Source: Bdellovibrionales bacterium (GTDB lineage: Bacteria > Bdellovibrionota > Bdellovibrionia > Bdellovibrionales > UBA1609). Taken from it: a DNA stretch of 61,783 nucleotides. Below are positions 38,592 through 47,998 of this stretch, one piece after another; the stretch's first letter is position 1; the number at the start of each line of letters is the position of its first letter. The notes beneath the pieces were generated by a model. The model saw only the letters and a program-made list of their open reading frames with translations, made no database searches and was not told the origin of the DNA. A program made the translations under genes and the position numbers. The stretch covers positions 1 to 61,783 of the forward strand of contig JAKUPT010000009.1 in assembly GCA_022450595.1 (NCBI GenBank), given 5' to 3'.

Positions 38592-39512
38592 TCAATCCGT
38601 TTTAGTAATGTCCAGAAGATCATCTAGCTCGCGGACAATTTTATCCACCTGACTTTTAGGAAGTGCTACATCAGCCCTTACTGATTGGCATTTTTTTATG
38701 AGCTGATCCGAAATCAGTGAACTAACTATTGCAACTTTTATTGCAGGTATTTTATCTTTGATTCGTTTGCATAAAGTCAAACCGTCCATCATAGGCATTT
38801 CAATGTCAGAAACAATTACATCAAAGGGCTTTTCATCCTCATCTGAGTTATGAGCCTTTAGAACAGCATCATAAGCCTCTTGGCCGTTGCTAAATGTGCG
38901 CACGTTGGTGTAGCCATTATCTTCTAATATTTTTTTGATCATTTTTTGGATAGTAATGGAATCATCAACAGCTGCAATTTTTATTTCACTTCGTTTTTTA
39001 TTATTACTAGGATCTGATGTGATGACAGGTTCTTCTTCTTGAAAAATGTCTTTAACAATACTTTCAAAGTCAGCGAGTGCAAGGTCTTTGCCGTTGTCAC
39101 TGGGAGCAATCGCAGTGATGTAGGACTGCTGAGAGGTTTGAGTGATGGGTTTTAAATCCGTCCACATAAGACGTCTGATAGTGACAATTTTATCCATTAT
39201 AAAACCAATTTGTTTTTCATTAAATTCTGTGATCATGATGGGAAGGTTTTTTCTTTCTTTTAAAGGCTCCATCCCGTAAAAGGTTCGCAGGTCGATAACA
39301 GTGATAACGTCACCTTCATTGCGTATAATTCCTACCACAGAAGGGTGGGACTCATTGATAGGCGTGAAAGTGTCTTCTGTGTATTCCACAATTCTTCGTA
39401 TCTTTAACACATTAATGGCCTGTTGGAGATGACCAATATGGTATTCCATCAGTTCTAATTCATTCGTACCAGTTTCCAGTAAAATTTCACGATCAGTCGC
39501 TGCCATATCCAT
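38592..39512 (-). CDS. cheV: Chemotaxis protein CheV (CheW + REC)
   Basis: ILLETGTNELE, INVLKIR, VITVIDL and ITEFN; REC domain AVDDS...SDIEMPMMDG. Confidence 0.93.
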   Translation of the reverse strand: MDMAATDREILLETGTNELELMEYHIGHLQQAINVLKIRRIVEYTEDTFTPINESHPSVVGIIRNEGDVITVIDLRTFYGMEPLKERKNLPIMITEFNEKQIGFIMDKIVTIRRLMWTDLKPITQTSQQSYITAIAPSDNGKDLALADFESIVKDIFQEEEPVITSDPSNNKKRSEIKIAAVDDSITIQKMIKKILEDNGYTNVRTFSNGQEAYDAVLKAHNSDEDEKPFDVIVSDIEMPMMDGLTLCKRIKDKIPAIKVAIVSSLISDQLIKKCQSVRADVALPKSQVDKIVRELDDLLDITKTD

Positions 39513-39540
39513 AATCCCTTTATCTTTAAATGATACTCTT

Positions 39541-39568
39541 ATATCGGGAAAAAAACGGGGACACTTAA
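39541..39568 (-). promoter_or_regulatory. Sigma28 (FliA)-type promoter of cheV
   Basis: Minus strand TAAG-N15-CCCGATAT versus consensus TAAA-N15-GCCGATAA; ends 28 nt before the cheV ATG. Confidence 0.7.
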
Positions 39569-39778
39569 GCTGTAAACAGCAATTAGCATGGTTTTGGAGT
39601 TAAGGCTTTGGTCTAGGGTTTAATTTGTATTTTAGTGCTTAATATCAAATATGCTCACCAATCCTCCGGTGATTTTAGAATCATAAAGAATCACAAGAGG
39701 GGGAGTTCGAGCTTTACAAAATCTATATTTAAAAAAATATACATGAAGACTAAATGCTTTTTTAATTTTAATAAACGC

Positions 39779-40756
39779 CTACGAAGACAAGATTTGTATC
39801 AAATCAAGAATGTCTTTAGGAACAGACCTTTTTTTACTAAAGCCCTCTTCAAGTGAGCAATAACTGAGTTGATGTTTATGCATAGAAATAAACACGTCGG
39901 TTTGATCACTCAATAGGGCAACCACTGCGGCGGCTCCCATTTTTGAGGCCAGGTTTCTGTCAAATGCGGTTGGTGCACCACCTCGTTGCACATGCCCTAA
40001 AACACAGACCTTGGCTTCAAAGCCTGACTTTTTTCGAATGCTTTCCGCCAAGTCATAAGCTCGGCCTGACTTTTGCCCCTCGGCTGCAATTAAAATACTG
40101 GAGGTTTTTCCTCGTTTTAAACCCCGCTGAATATGATCAATGGCCTGGTCCACCGTAGTTGAGCTGTCGGTCATAAAGACTTCCTCGGCCCCGCCCGCAA
40201 GTGCGACCTCGGCTGCAATAAAGCCTGAGTTGCGCCCCATAACCTCTACAATAAACAGCCGGTCGTGGCTGGCTGCTGTATCGCGAATTCTATCAATGGA
40301 CTCCACGGCTGTGTTTATGGCGGAATCAAAGCCAATGGTGTAGTCAGTTCCAAAAATGTCATTGTCTATGGTGCCGGGCACGCCAACAATGGGGAGTCCG
40401 TGCTCCTTATAAAGCAAATGAGCCCCTGTAAAGGAACCATCTCCTCCTATACAGACAACAGCGTCAATATTGTGTTTTTTTAAGTTTTCATAGGCCTGGC
40501 TTCGTATCTCTTTTTGGTGGAAGGCGGTAGAGCGGCCGGATTTTAAAATTGTACCACCTCTTTGAATGATGTTGGCCACCGAACTGGCTTGAAGTTCTTG
40601 AATTTGATCATTAATCATTCCTTGGTAACCACCAATAATGCCAAATATCTTTAGTTTATGATGAATACATGTTCGAACCACTGCTCGGATGGCTGCATTC
40701 ATACCCGGTGCATCGCCACCACTTGTGAATACAGCAATATTATTGATTTTTGACAT
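39779..40756 (-). CDS. pfkA: ATP-dependent 6-phosphofructokinase
   Basis: TSGGDAPGMNAAIRAVVR, GGDGS, PGTIDND, EVMGR and LGHVQRGG. Confidence 0.97.
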   Translation of the reverse strand: MSKINNIAVFTSGGDAPGMNAAIRAVVRTCIHHKLKIFGIIGGYQGMINDQIQELQASSVANIIQRGGTILKSGRSTAFHQKEIRSQAYENLKKHNIDAVVCIGGDGSFTGAHLLYKEHGLPIVGVPGTIDNDIFGTDYTIGFDSAINTAVESIDRIRDTAASHDRLFIVEVMGRNSGFIAAEVALAGGAEEVFMTDSSTTVDQAIDHIQRGLKRGKTSSILIAAEGQKSGRAYDLAESIRKKSGFEAKVCVLGHVQRGGAPTAFDRNLASKMGAAAVVALLSDQTDVFISMHKHQLSYCSLEEGFSKKRSVPKDILDLIQILSS

Positions 40757-40841
40757 AACAAATACCTTCTTAAAGACTTTAACTATAATTTAGCAAGCAA
40801 CAAAGTGTTGTAAATAATAAAAGTGTGTCGTGAAAAGAAAT

Positions 40842-40874
40842 AAAAAAAGGCTTATCTATCAGATAAGCCTTTTT
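40842..40874 (-). terminator. Rho-independent terminator after the HU gene
   Basis: AAAAAGGCTTATCT-ATC-AGATAAGCCTTTTT. Confidence 0.85.
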
Positions 40875-40903
40875 GAATTCTTGGTATGTCCAATTGGATC
40901 AAA

Positions 40904-41176
40904 TTACTTTAAAAGTGATTTGAACTCAGAACCTGGACGGAACTTAGGGTACCAAGCAGCAGGAATTTTAATCGCTTTACCAGTTTGTGGGTTGCGACCA
41001 GTTCTTGCTTTTCTTTTTTGCTTAGCAAAAGTACCAAAGCCTACTAGCTTTACTTCGTCACCTTTTTTAACAGACTTCTTGATTGTATCAAGAGTAGTGT
41101 CAAGAAAGCGCTCAGTATCAGCTTTAGTCATATCAGTTGCTTTTGCGATTTTTTCGATTAGTTGTGCTTTGTTCAT
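40904..41176 (-). CDS. hup: Nucleoid protein HU
   Basis: MNKAQLI, VKLVGFGTF, RKARTGRNPQTG..IKIPA and PKFRPG. Confidence 0.96.
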   Translation of the reverse strand: MNKAQLIEKIAKATDMTKADTERFLDTTLDTIKKSVKKGDEVKLVGFGTFAKQKRKARTGRNPQTGKAIKIPAAWYPKFRPGSEFKSLLK

Positions 41177-41225
41177 AGCTTCTCCCCCGGTGGGTTATCT
41201 AGGTTGTTGTTACACTTTAATTGAA

Positions 41226-41254
41226 ATTGAAACTCGACAGGGCCTTTACGTCAA
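41226..41254 (-). promoter_or_regulatory. Candidate sigma70 promoter of the HU gene
   Basis: Minus strand TTGACG-N17-TTCAAT. Confidence 0.55.
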
Positions 41255-41299
41255 TGGGAAAGTGATGTTTTTTTTATAATTTTTGAAAAAAATGGGTTT

Positions 41300-41515
41300 T
41301 TATTGACAAGGGTCCTTAGTTAGGGCGGTCTTTTCCAGCTCCTCAAGCTCTTCCAAGCTTAGGTCTTGGAGGCTGGCTTCAAGGGCATAGCTCTCTTTGG
41401 CCCACTCGCCAAGATCTATAAGTTTACATCTTTCCGAACAAAAGGGACGGAATTCATTGTTTACGTCGTAAACAGTTGGCTTTTTGCATGTGGGGCAGGG
41501 ACGTGATCTTTTCAT
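41300..41515 (-). CDS. yacG: DNA gyrase inhibitor YacG
   Basis: CPTC...FRPFCSERCKLIDLGEWA zinc-finger signature. Confidence 0.93.
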   Translation of the reverse strand: MKRSRPCPTCKKPTVYDVNNEFRPFCSERCKLIDLGEWAKESYALEASLQDLSLEELEELEKTALTKDPCQ

Positions 41516-41580
41516 AAATAATTTCCTAGCATTTTCAAAATTAAGAATCAACAGGTAGATCATGCTTAGTGCTGGAGATA

Positions 41581-41706
41581 GAGTTTTTTTAATTCCCTTT
41601 TGAACAATCACATCAAAAAAGCTCAGACAAGCGGTGCTCGGGCTTCGCCCTTGCGCTCCGAACTCGTTTTTTGATGTGATTGTTCAAAAGGGAATTAAAA
41701 AAACTC
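41581..41706. repeat. 126-bp element with a perfect 40-bp inverted repeat and a structured GC-rich core
   Basis: 41581-41620 is the exact reverse complement of 41667-41706; the 46-nt core contains GGGC-TTC-GCCC. Confidence 0.93.
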
Positions 41707-42140
41707 GTTTTGGGGTGAGTGTATATAAAGGATAAAAAATAGAGAGTGGGTGATTTTATGCTTTTACGGGTGGGGGGTGAGTTATTTTAATAGTTTTTGA
41801 AATTTAGAATTAAAACAGTTGGTTATCGCATGAAAACATCTATGTTAATTAAAATGATTTAAGTATGGGCTGCTCGTTTTTTTCTTATAATCTAAGTTTT
41901 GTTTTGAAAAAGTTTTTTTAAAGCTAATTAAAAAGTAGTTAATTCTTCTCAAAATCTTGATTAACACTTGGGCTTTGACCATGAATACAAAACTACATAA
42001 TCCATGTTTATAATTCCAATATTTTATTATAGGGATCTAATTAAAGACAATAGTTTGAAGTCTAAGTTGTTTTTGTTTCAAATCTTGAACTAATTTTGTT
42101 TTTGTTAATGTATTTAACTTTTGAAGAGGTCTTAAATTAA

Positions 42141-42175
42141 TAAAAAAAGCCAAGGGGACTCCTTGGCTTTTTTTA
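42141..42175. terminator. Rho-independent terminator
   Basis: TAAAAAAAGCCAAGG...CCTTGGCTTTTTTTA just downstream of the 42190 stop. Confidence 0.85.
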
Positions 42176-42189
42176 GTTAAGAGTTGGTT

Positions 42190-42942
42190 TTACCAGCCCC
42201 ATCCCCAATTGCATGTGGTTCCACCGGTTTCATAGCCACCATATGGGTTTGGTGGAGAGGATACATGTGATGAAGTACAGTTACTATTGTCATTGTAATA
42301 ATACCCAGATGAATTATAGCTGAAGTTAATGTTGTTGGCTAAAAGTGCGCCATCTATATAAACATTTCCGTAAAAGCTAGATTCATGAAGCTTATTTTGT
42401 TGTATCACAATCAGAAATGGTTGGGCGTGTATTCTTATGACATTATCTTCAAAATACAGTCTTCCTTGAAAGCTGAACTTAGCATTTTGTGAGATAACTC
42501 GGTCATTACCACTTGAAAAAGGGCGTTTTGTCGTTCCTTGAATTGTGACTGTTACAGTTTGGTTCTGAGATACTAAATTACTTGTAGACAGGCTTAAGTT
42601 CAAAAATGAACTCATATCTTTACAACCATTAAGATCATCTGAATCGATCGTTCCATTACAAACCCCTCTGCTTAGAAAGAACTGTTCTAAGTTTTTCCTT
42701 CCAGCATATAAGCTTGAATCTGTTACTTTAACGTTTCCTGTGTACCAAAAATAATTAGCAGTATGCCCAATAGATCCTGGGTAGTACTGTTCAATACATC
42801 TCTCGTAGTCATAACCACTTAAACCTTCACACTGTGGATAAGGGTGTGGAGCGGGGCCTGAGCCGCCTCCGTCACTTCCACAAGCGACAAGAAATAAGCT
42901 GGTCACAGCAATAGACATAAAAGTCACAATTAGCTTTTTCAT
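42190..42942 (-). CDS. Hypothetical lipoprotein
   Basis: AAGGAG RBS; lipobox LFLVAC followed by a Gly/Pro linker; paired Cys; C-terminal WGWGW. Confidence 0.78.
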   Translation of the reverse strand: MKKLIVTFMSIAVTSLFLVACGSDGGGSGPAPHPYPQCEGLSGYDYERCIEQYYPGSIGHTANYFWYTGNVKVTDSSLYAGRKNLEQFFLSRGVCNGTIDSDDLNGCKDMSSFLNLSLSTSNLVSQNQTVTVTIQGTTKRPFSSGNDRVISQNAKFSFQGRLYFEDNVIRIHAQPFLIVIQQNKLHESSFYGNVYIDGALLANNINFSYNSSGYYYNDNSNCTSSHVSSPPNPYGGYETGGTTCNWGWGW

Positions 42943-43080
42943 AGTTAAACTCCTTACTCGGTCATAAAGAGTTCATGAAATGTGCCAGTTTTGTAAGGCT
43001 TATACTGTAAATTATTCCACTTTCAGCCCAAATCCAATCATTTGCGCCTAAAATGTCACTTCATTTGAGGACAATTTTTG

Positions 43081-43401
43081 TCACTCAGTCGAATCAGGAG
43101 GGTAAAAAATAGTGCCAACTCGATTGATGTGGTCAATAAAATTGGGATCCTCTAATTTGTGATATAAAGACAGATCGATTTTATAAGGAAGATATAGATC
43201 GTCTAATTCGGTCTCTATTTGTAGTAATTCTGTTAGGTCCATTTTTGGGCCAATAATTGTTAGATCAATATCAGATTCCGGGCGAAAATTTCCTTTTGCT
43301 CGCGATCCATAAAGAATAACCTTTTTTATGTTAGGATGTTGTATAAAAATTGAAATTATTTTTTTTATAGTATCAGCCTTTAAACCAAATTTTTGAGTCA
43401 T
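43081..43401 (-). CDS. Minimal nucleotidyltransferase (MNT) antitoxin-like protein
   Basis: ILYGSRAKGNFRPESDIDL (GSx10DxD), LPYKIDL and HINRVG. Confidence 0.92.
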   Translation of the reverse strand: MTQKFGLKADTIKKIISIFIQHPNIKKVILYGSRAKGNFRPESDIDLTIIGPKMDLTELLQIETELDDLYLPYKIDLSLYHKLEDPNFIDHINRVGTIFYPPDSTE

Positions 43402-43417
43402 GTACGCAGGCCTTTTT

Positions 43418-43828
43418 TTACTTTAAGTTTTTAGCAGTCTTTTCAAACTCTTCAAACAGTGGGAAATAAAGATTTGTAATTTTTTGAGTGATTTCATCAG
43501 CTACAGATTGGTTATATGTATGTGAGGTTTTATTGCGACTTTTAATCATTTCCATCCAGCCATCACCATCATTTATAAGTCCTTTATGAAATGCCTCACG
43601 TGTAGCGTCTCTTGAGCCCATTATTTGAGATTGGCCTTGATAAAAAAAGTAATCTTTGATCACATTCCAGGCAAGCTCATGTGTAAATTCAAAGGCTTGA
43701 ATAAGCCCTTGTTTTTCTAATTCAGATAATCCCCTTGCTTTTGCTAATTGCACCGCACTTTTTAATTGAACTAATGCTTTCGAAAAATGCTCTAAACGCT
43801 GCTTCCAACGTATATCTGGTTGATTCAA
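43418..43828 (-). CDS. HEPN-domain protein (HI0074-like), putative toxin
   Basis: DIRWKQR, GLIQAFEFTHELAWN and the RNKTSHTY (Rx4H) HEPN motif; GAGGTG RBS; paired with the MNT gene. Confidence 0.92.
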   Translation of the reverse strand: MNQPDIRWKQRLEHFSKALVQLKSAVQLAKARGLSELEKQGLIQAFEFTHELAWNVIKDYFFYQGQSQIMGSRDATREAFHKGLINDGDGWMEMIKSRNKTSHTYNQSVADEITQKITNLYFPLFEEFEKTAKNLK

Positions 43829-43849
43829 ATTATCACCTCACATGATTCT

Positions 43850-43878
43850 ATACTATTTTCTGATTATCAGACTGTCAA
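43850..43878 (-). promoter_or_regulatory. Sigma70 promoter of the HEPN-MNT pair with a palindrome in the spacer
   Basis: Minus strand TTGACA-N17-TAGTAT; palindrome TCTGAT-N-ATCAGA at 43859-43871. Confidence 0.7.
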
Positions 43879-43912
43879 AATAATTGCCCCTTGATTTAAA
43901 GTGTGTGGGTGA

Positions 43913-44662
43913 TTATTTTTTAGGTTTTAAAAATAACAGTCCTGAGCCTAATAATAGAAGTACTAAGCTTATCACAGTGGAAAGGCTAAGGCCTAAAATC
44001 AGTTCGCCTCGAAAGTCGGCTCTAAGGCTCTCCATAATAATGCGATTGGTGGCATGTAGGCAAAGCCATAGGCCAAAGAGTCGGCCATATTGAGCTTTGA
44101 AAAATGCATGAGAGCTGGACCACAACAACACAACAACAATCAGAAACTCAATTAAACTTGTGTAAATTTGAGTGGGGTGGCGTAGGTGTTGGCTCATGGG
44201 GTGTGGGAGATTTGGAAATCTCACAGCCCAGGGCAGATCACAGACTTTACCAAAGCAGCAGCCATTTAAAAAACAGGCAAAGCGACCAAGCCCATATCCA
44301 AGTGCTATTAGGGGAGCAAAAAAATCAGCCCATTTTAAAAACTTCAGGTTTTTATATTTACAATAAAGCCAGCTGCCGATCATCGCAGCAATGACTCCGC
44401 CAAAATAAACAAAGCCTCCATGCCAGATTTCAAAAATTCGAGTGAGGTCTTCTAAATAGTAGTCAGGGGCCTCGTAGATAATATGTAAAACTCTGGCTCC
44501 CAAAAATCCACTGAGCATGCTGACCAATAAAATATCCAAGCTGTTGTTGATATTAAATTGAAGTTTTTTAGCGCGAACAATGGTAAGAAAAATGATCAGA
44601 CAAAAAGTTAGGCTGATCACTAAATAGTAGGTAGGAATAAGGCCAAAAAGAATCGGATGCAT
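43913..44662 (-). CDS. lgt: Prolipoprotein diacylglyceryl transferase
   Basis: GARVLH, IWHGGFVYFGG, GRFACFLNGCCFG, RHPTQIY and ESLRAD; downstream of lspA. Confidence 0.93.
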   Translation of the reverse strand: MHPILFGLIPTYYLVISLTFCLIIFLTIVRAKKLQFNINNSLDILLVSMLSGFLGARVLHIIYEAPDYYLEDLTRIFEIWHGGFVYFGGVIAAMIGSWLYCKYKNLKFLKWADFFAPLIALGYGLGRFACFLNGCCFGKVCDLPWAVRFPNLPHPMSQHLRHPTQIYTSLIEFLIVVVLLWSSSHAFFKAQYGRLFGLWLCLHATNRIIMESLRADFRGELILGLSLSTVISLVLLLLGSGLLFLKPKK

Positions 44663-45162
44663 TAGGCGTCTTGTGGCTCCTCTTTTCTAAACATTAAAAG
44701 AATTAAGATGGTCACACCTACAACAATGGCAGAATCCGCCACATTAAAAGCCGGCCAAGCATACTTATGGTACCAATGGGCGTCTAGAAAGTCGATCACA
44801 TAGCCAAAACGAATTCTATCTATATAATTACCAATAGCTCCTCCAAAAATACCACTTAAAGCTAGGATTTGAATTTTATCAGCTTTTGGAACAGACTTTA
44901 GTAAAAGTAAAATTATAAACAAAGCCACAGGGGTCATTGCTAAAAAAAAGCTTTCACGAATCATATCAGGTAAGTCGCTGAGGATTCCAAAAGCAGCGCC
45001 TTTGTTTCTGACGTAGGTGATATTAAAAAAGTTCTCTACCACATTAATAGATTCACCCAGAGCAAAGCGTGTGTGAATGTAAATTTTGGTAGCCTGATCG
45101 ATAGTGATGATCACACCACTCACGGCTAGGAGAATTAAATACTTAGGGTTTACTTTCATCAT
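44662..45162 (-). CDS. lspA: Lipoprotein signal peptidase II
   Basis: IDQATK, NKGAAFG, GGAIGNYIDR, VIDF and FNVADSAI. Confidence 0.96.
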   Translation of the reverse strand: MMKVNPKYLILLAVSGVIITIDQATKIYIHTRFALGESINVVENFFNITYVRNKGAAFGILSDLPDMIRESFFLAMTPVALFIILLLLKSVPKADKIQILALSGIFGGAIGNYIDRIRFGYVIDFLDAHWYHKYAWPAFNVADSAIVVGVTILILLMFRKEEPQDA

Positions 45163-47912
45163 GTTACAGCCTCAAGACATTTCGGGCACACACCGGGCCA
45201 GTCAGGGTTCGTATTTACATCAGGGAAATAGTTCCAGCATCGGTCACACTTTTCGCCGCTGGCTTTTTCAGCCTCAACTTTAAAGTCCCCTTGCTTTAAT
45301 GTGGTTGAAGACACAATAAATAACTCATTTAAATCAGCTTCGTATTTTTTTAGCACATTATGTTTTTTATCGTTGGCCGTGATGACGGCTGCCGCCTCAA
45401 GACTGGAGCCAATGACTTTTTCTTTTCTTAAGTCCTCTAAAACTTTAGAAACATCAGATCTTACTTCTAGAATGTGCTGAATGTCCTCATAGACTTCACT
45501 GTTGTTCCACTCTTTGTTCACTTCAGGGAAGTCTTCTAAGAACACACTTTGTTTTTTCGTGCCAGGAATGTACTCGTAGGTTTCTTCAGCGATAAAACTA
45601 ACAATGGGAGCCATCAATTTAACTAAGTCATTCAACATATAGTAAATCACGGTTTGGCTAGATCGTCTTTTGAGCCCATCAGCTTTTCCCGTGTACAAAC
45701 GGTCTTTTAAAATATCTAAATATGTGGCTGACAGATCCACAGTAAAAAAGTTGTTTAAAGCATGATAGACCTTATAAAAGTTGTAGTCTTCGTAGGATTG
45801 AGTGGACTTTTCTACAAGCTTGTTCAGCCGCATAAGGGCCCACTGATCAAGAGCCGGCATATCTTTAAAGGACACAGCATCTTTTTGTGGGTCAAAGTCG
45901 TTTAAGTTACCTAACATAAATCTTAAAGTGTTACGAATGCGTCTGTAGGTTTCAGAAATGCGTTTGAACATCTCTTGTCCCACGTTCACATCTTGACCGT
46001 AGTCCTCATAAGCCACCCACAAACGTAAAATCTCAGCTCCGTATTGCTTAATGATATCAGTCGGATCAATAACATTGCCTTTTGATTTACTCATTTTGTA
46101 GCCTTGAGCATCGTTAACAAACCCATGTGTGATTAAGGCTTTAAATGGCGGCTCTCCATAGGCGGCCACTGAAGACATTAGGCTTGTTTGAAACCATCCA
46201 CGGTGTTGATCACTGCCTTCTAGTTAAATGTCTGCCGGAAAATCTAATTCCTCTTTTTGTTTTTGAACGGCTGTGTGACAAACCCCAGAGTCAAACCAAA
46301 CATCTAAAATGTCTTGTCCGGCTTTGAATTTATCGTGGCCACAGTCCGGGCATTTTTTATCGCCTAAAAAGAACTCAGGCTTCTCTTGATGATAGGCCTC
46401 AATACCTAACTTTGTAGATTCCATGTGCTCTGCCACTTTATCCATAATGTCAGCATCAGCCATGGCGTGTTCACAGGACTCGCAGTAAAAAACAGGGATA
46501 GGAACACCCCAAACTCTTTGGCGGCTTAAGCACCAGTCGGGAGTGTTGGTCACCATAGCTTTTAAACGCTGTTTTCCCCACTCGGGAACAAATTTAATTT
46601 TATTTTCAACCGCATCAAGAGCCTGTTGCCTTAAGCTTTTCTCGTCGCCATCCATTCGAACAAACCACTGAGGTGTGGCTCTAAAAATCAAAGGAGTTTT
46701 TGAACGAGGGTTGTGTGGATAGCTGTGAGTGATTTGTTTGTAGCCTAAAAGTTTTCCTTTCGACTTTAATAACTCAACAATTTTAGGGTTGGCGTCCCAA
46801 ATACTTTCTCCCTGCATTGGGGCAAAGTCTTCTGTGTATTTTCCAGCCGCATCCACTGGTGAAAATACAGGCAGTTGGTATTTAAGGCCCACGGAGTAGT
46901 CGTCTAAACCATGTCCTGGAGCTGTATGCACACAGCCGGTACCGGCTTCAAGGGTTACGTGATCTCCTAAGATCACTAAAGACTCTCTGTCGACAAAAGG
47001 ATGACTGGCTTTTGCGCCCTCAAGCTCAGAGCCCTTCAAAGACTTAATGTGTTTTAGCTCTAACTCACATTCTTTCTCAATGCTCTCTTTAAGCTTGTCG
47101 GCAATGACAATATACTCAGAGCCGGTGTCATAAACTCCGTAATCAAACTTTTCATTCAAACAAATGGCGTAGTTGGCAGGTAGGGTCCATGGAGTTGTGG
47201 TCCAAATAACAAAGCTGACGGGTTTGTCGCTTAAACCCACGACAGATTCACTGTCTTGCAAAGTAAAACCGGCGTAAATAGAGGGGCTGGTGTGATCATG
47301 ATACTCAACTTCAGCGGCAGCAAGTGCGGTTTGAAGTGTCGGGCACCAGTAAACCGGCTTTTCGCCTCTGTAGAGCCAGCCATTTCTTAAAATTTGGGCC
47401 AACACACGCACTTCGTTGGCTTCATACTCGGGATTTAGAGTTAAATAGGGATTCTCCCAGTCAGCTAAAATTCCTAAACGGATAAATTGCTTTTTTTGAG
47501 TTTCTACCCACTTTAAGGCTTCTTTTCTACAGATCTCTCTAACTTTTGCATCCGTAAGCTGTTTGCGCTTTTCCCCTAAACTTTGGGTGACTTTGAGTTC
47601 AATGGGAAGACCATGACAGTCCCAGCCAGGGATAAAAGCGGCCCTGTGACCACTCATGCTTTTGTACTTAATCACAATATCTTTTAAAACCTTGTTTAAC
47701 ACGTGCCCCACATGCAGATTGCCATTGGCGTATGGAGGTCCATCAGGCATGGTGAATCTTTTGCTGCCGGCTTTTTTTTGAATGTTTTGATAAAGCTCCG
47801 ACTGAGTCCAGGACTCTATGCGTTTAGGCTCTGTTTCAGGCAGTTTGCCGCGCATTGGAAAGTCAGTTTTAGGCAGTAAAATGCTATTTTTAATTTTATC
47901 TTTTATGTCCAT
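45159..47912 (-). pseudogene. ileS: Isoleucine--tRNA ligase, full length but interrupted by one in-frame TAA at 46224-46226 (may be a sequencing artefact)
   Basis: DGPPYANG.LHVGH (HIGH), WDCHGLPIE, WTTTPWT, DWCLSRQR, DVWFDSG, KMSKS and a C-terminal Zn finger all in one frame of 918 codons; reads PADI*LEGSDQHRGWF across the stop. Confidence 0.93.
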
Positions 47913-47998
47913 GTTTCACCTTTACAGAATATGTCCGAGTCTAGCCATTTCACATAAAGGTGACAACATCTCTCAGCTTAAAAACGCAATGAATTGAA

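Noticed and set aside
40830..41279. 149-aa ORF antisense to HU
   Set aside because: Shadow ORF over a highly conserved gene and its terminator; no RBS or recognisable motifs.
41516..41611. N-terminal extension of yacG
   Set aside because: Runs into the inverted-repeat arm; ATG 41515 gives a normal-length YacG.
41710..42135. AT-rich ORF-free stretch as a replication origin or ncRNA
   Set aside because: No cluster of TTATCCACA DnaA boxes and no convincing structure; the short GGGGTGAGT duplication is too weak to support a call.
42972..42988. Sigma54 promoter for the 42190-42942 lipoprotein (CTGGCACATTTCATGAA, minus strand)
   Set aside because: Good -24 element but GA instead of the conserved GC at -12; not listed as a feature.
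46224..46226. Genome-wide TAA reassignment to Tyr
   Set aside because: Many conserved genes here (glmU, flgB, flgC, fliF, flgE, groES) end at TAA at their expected C-termini.
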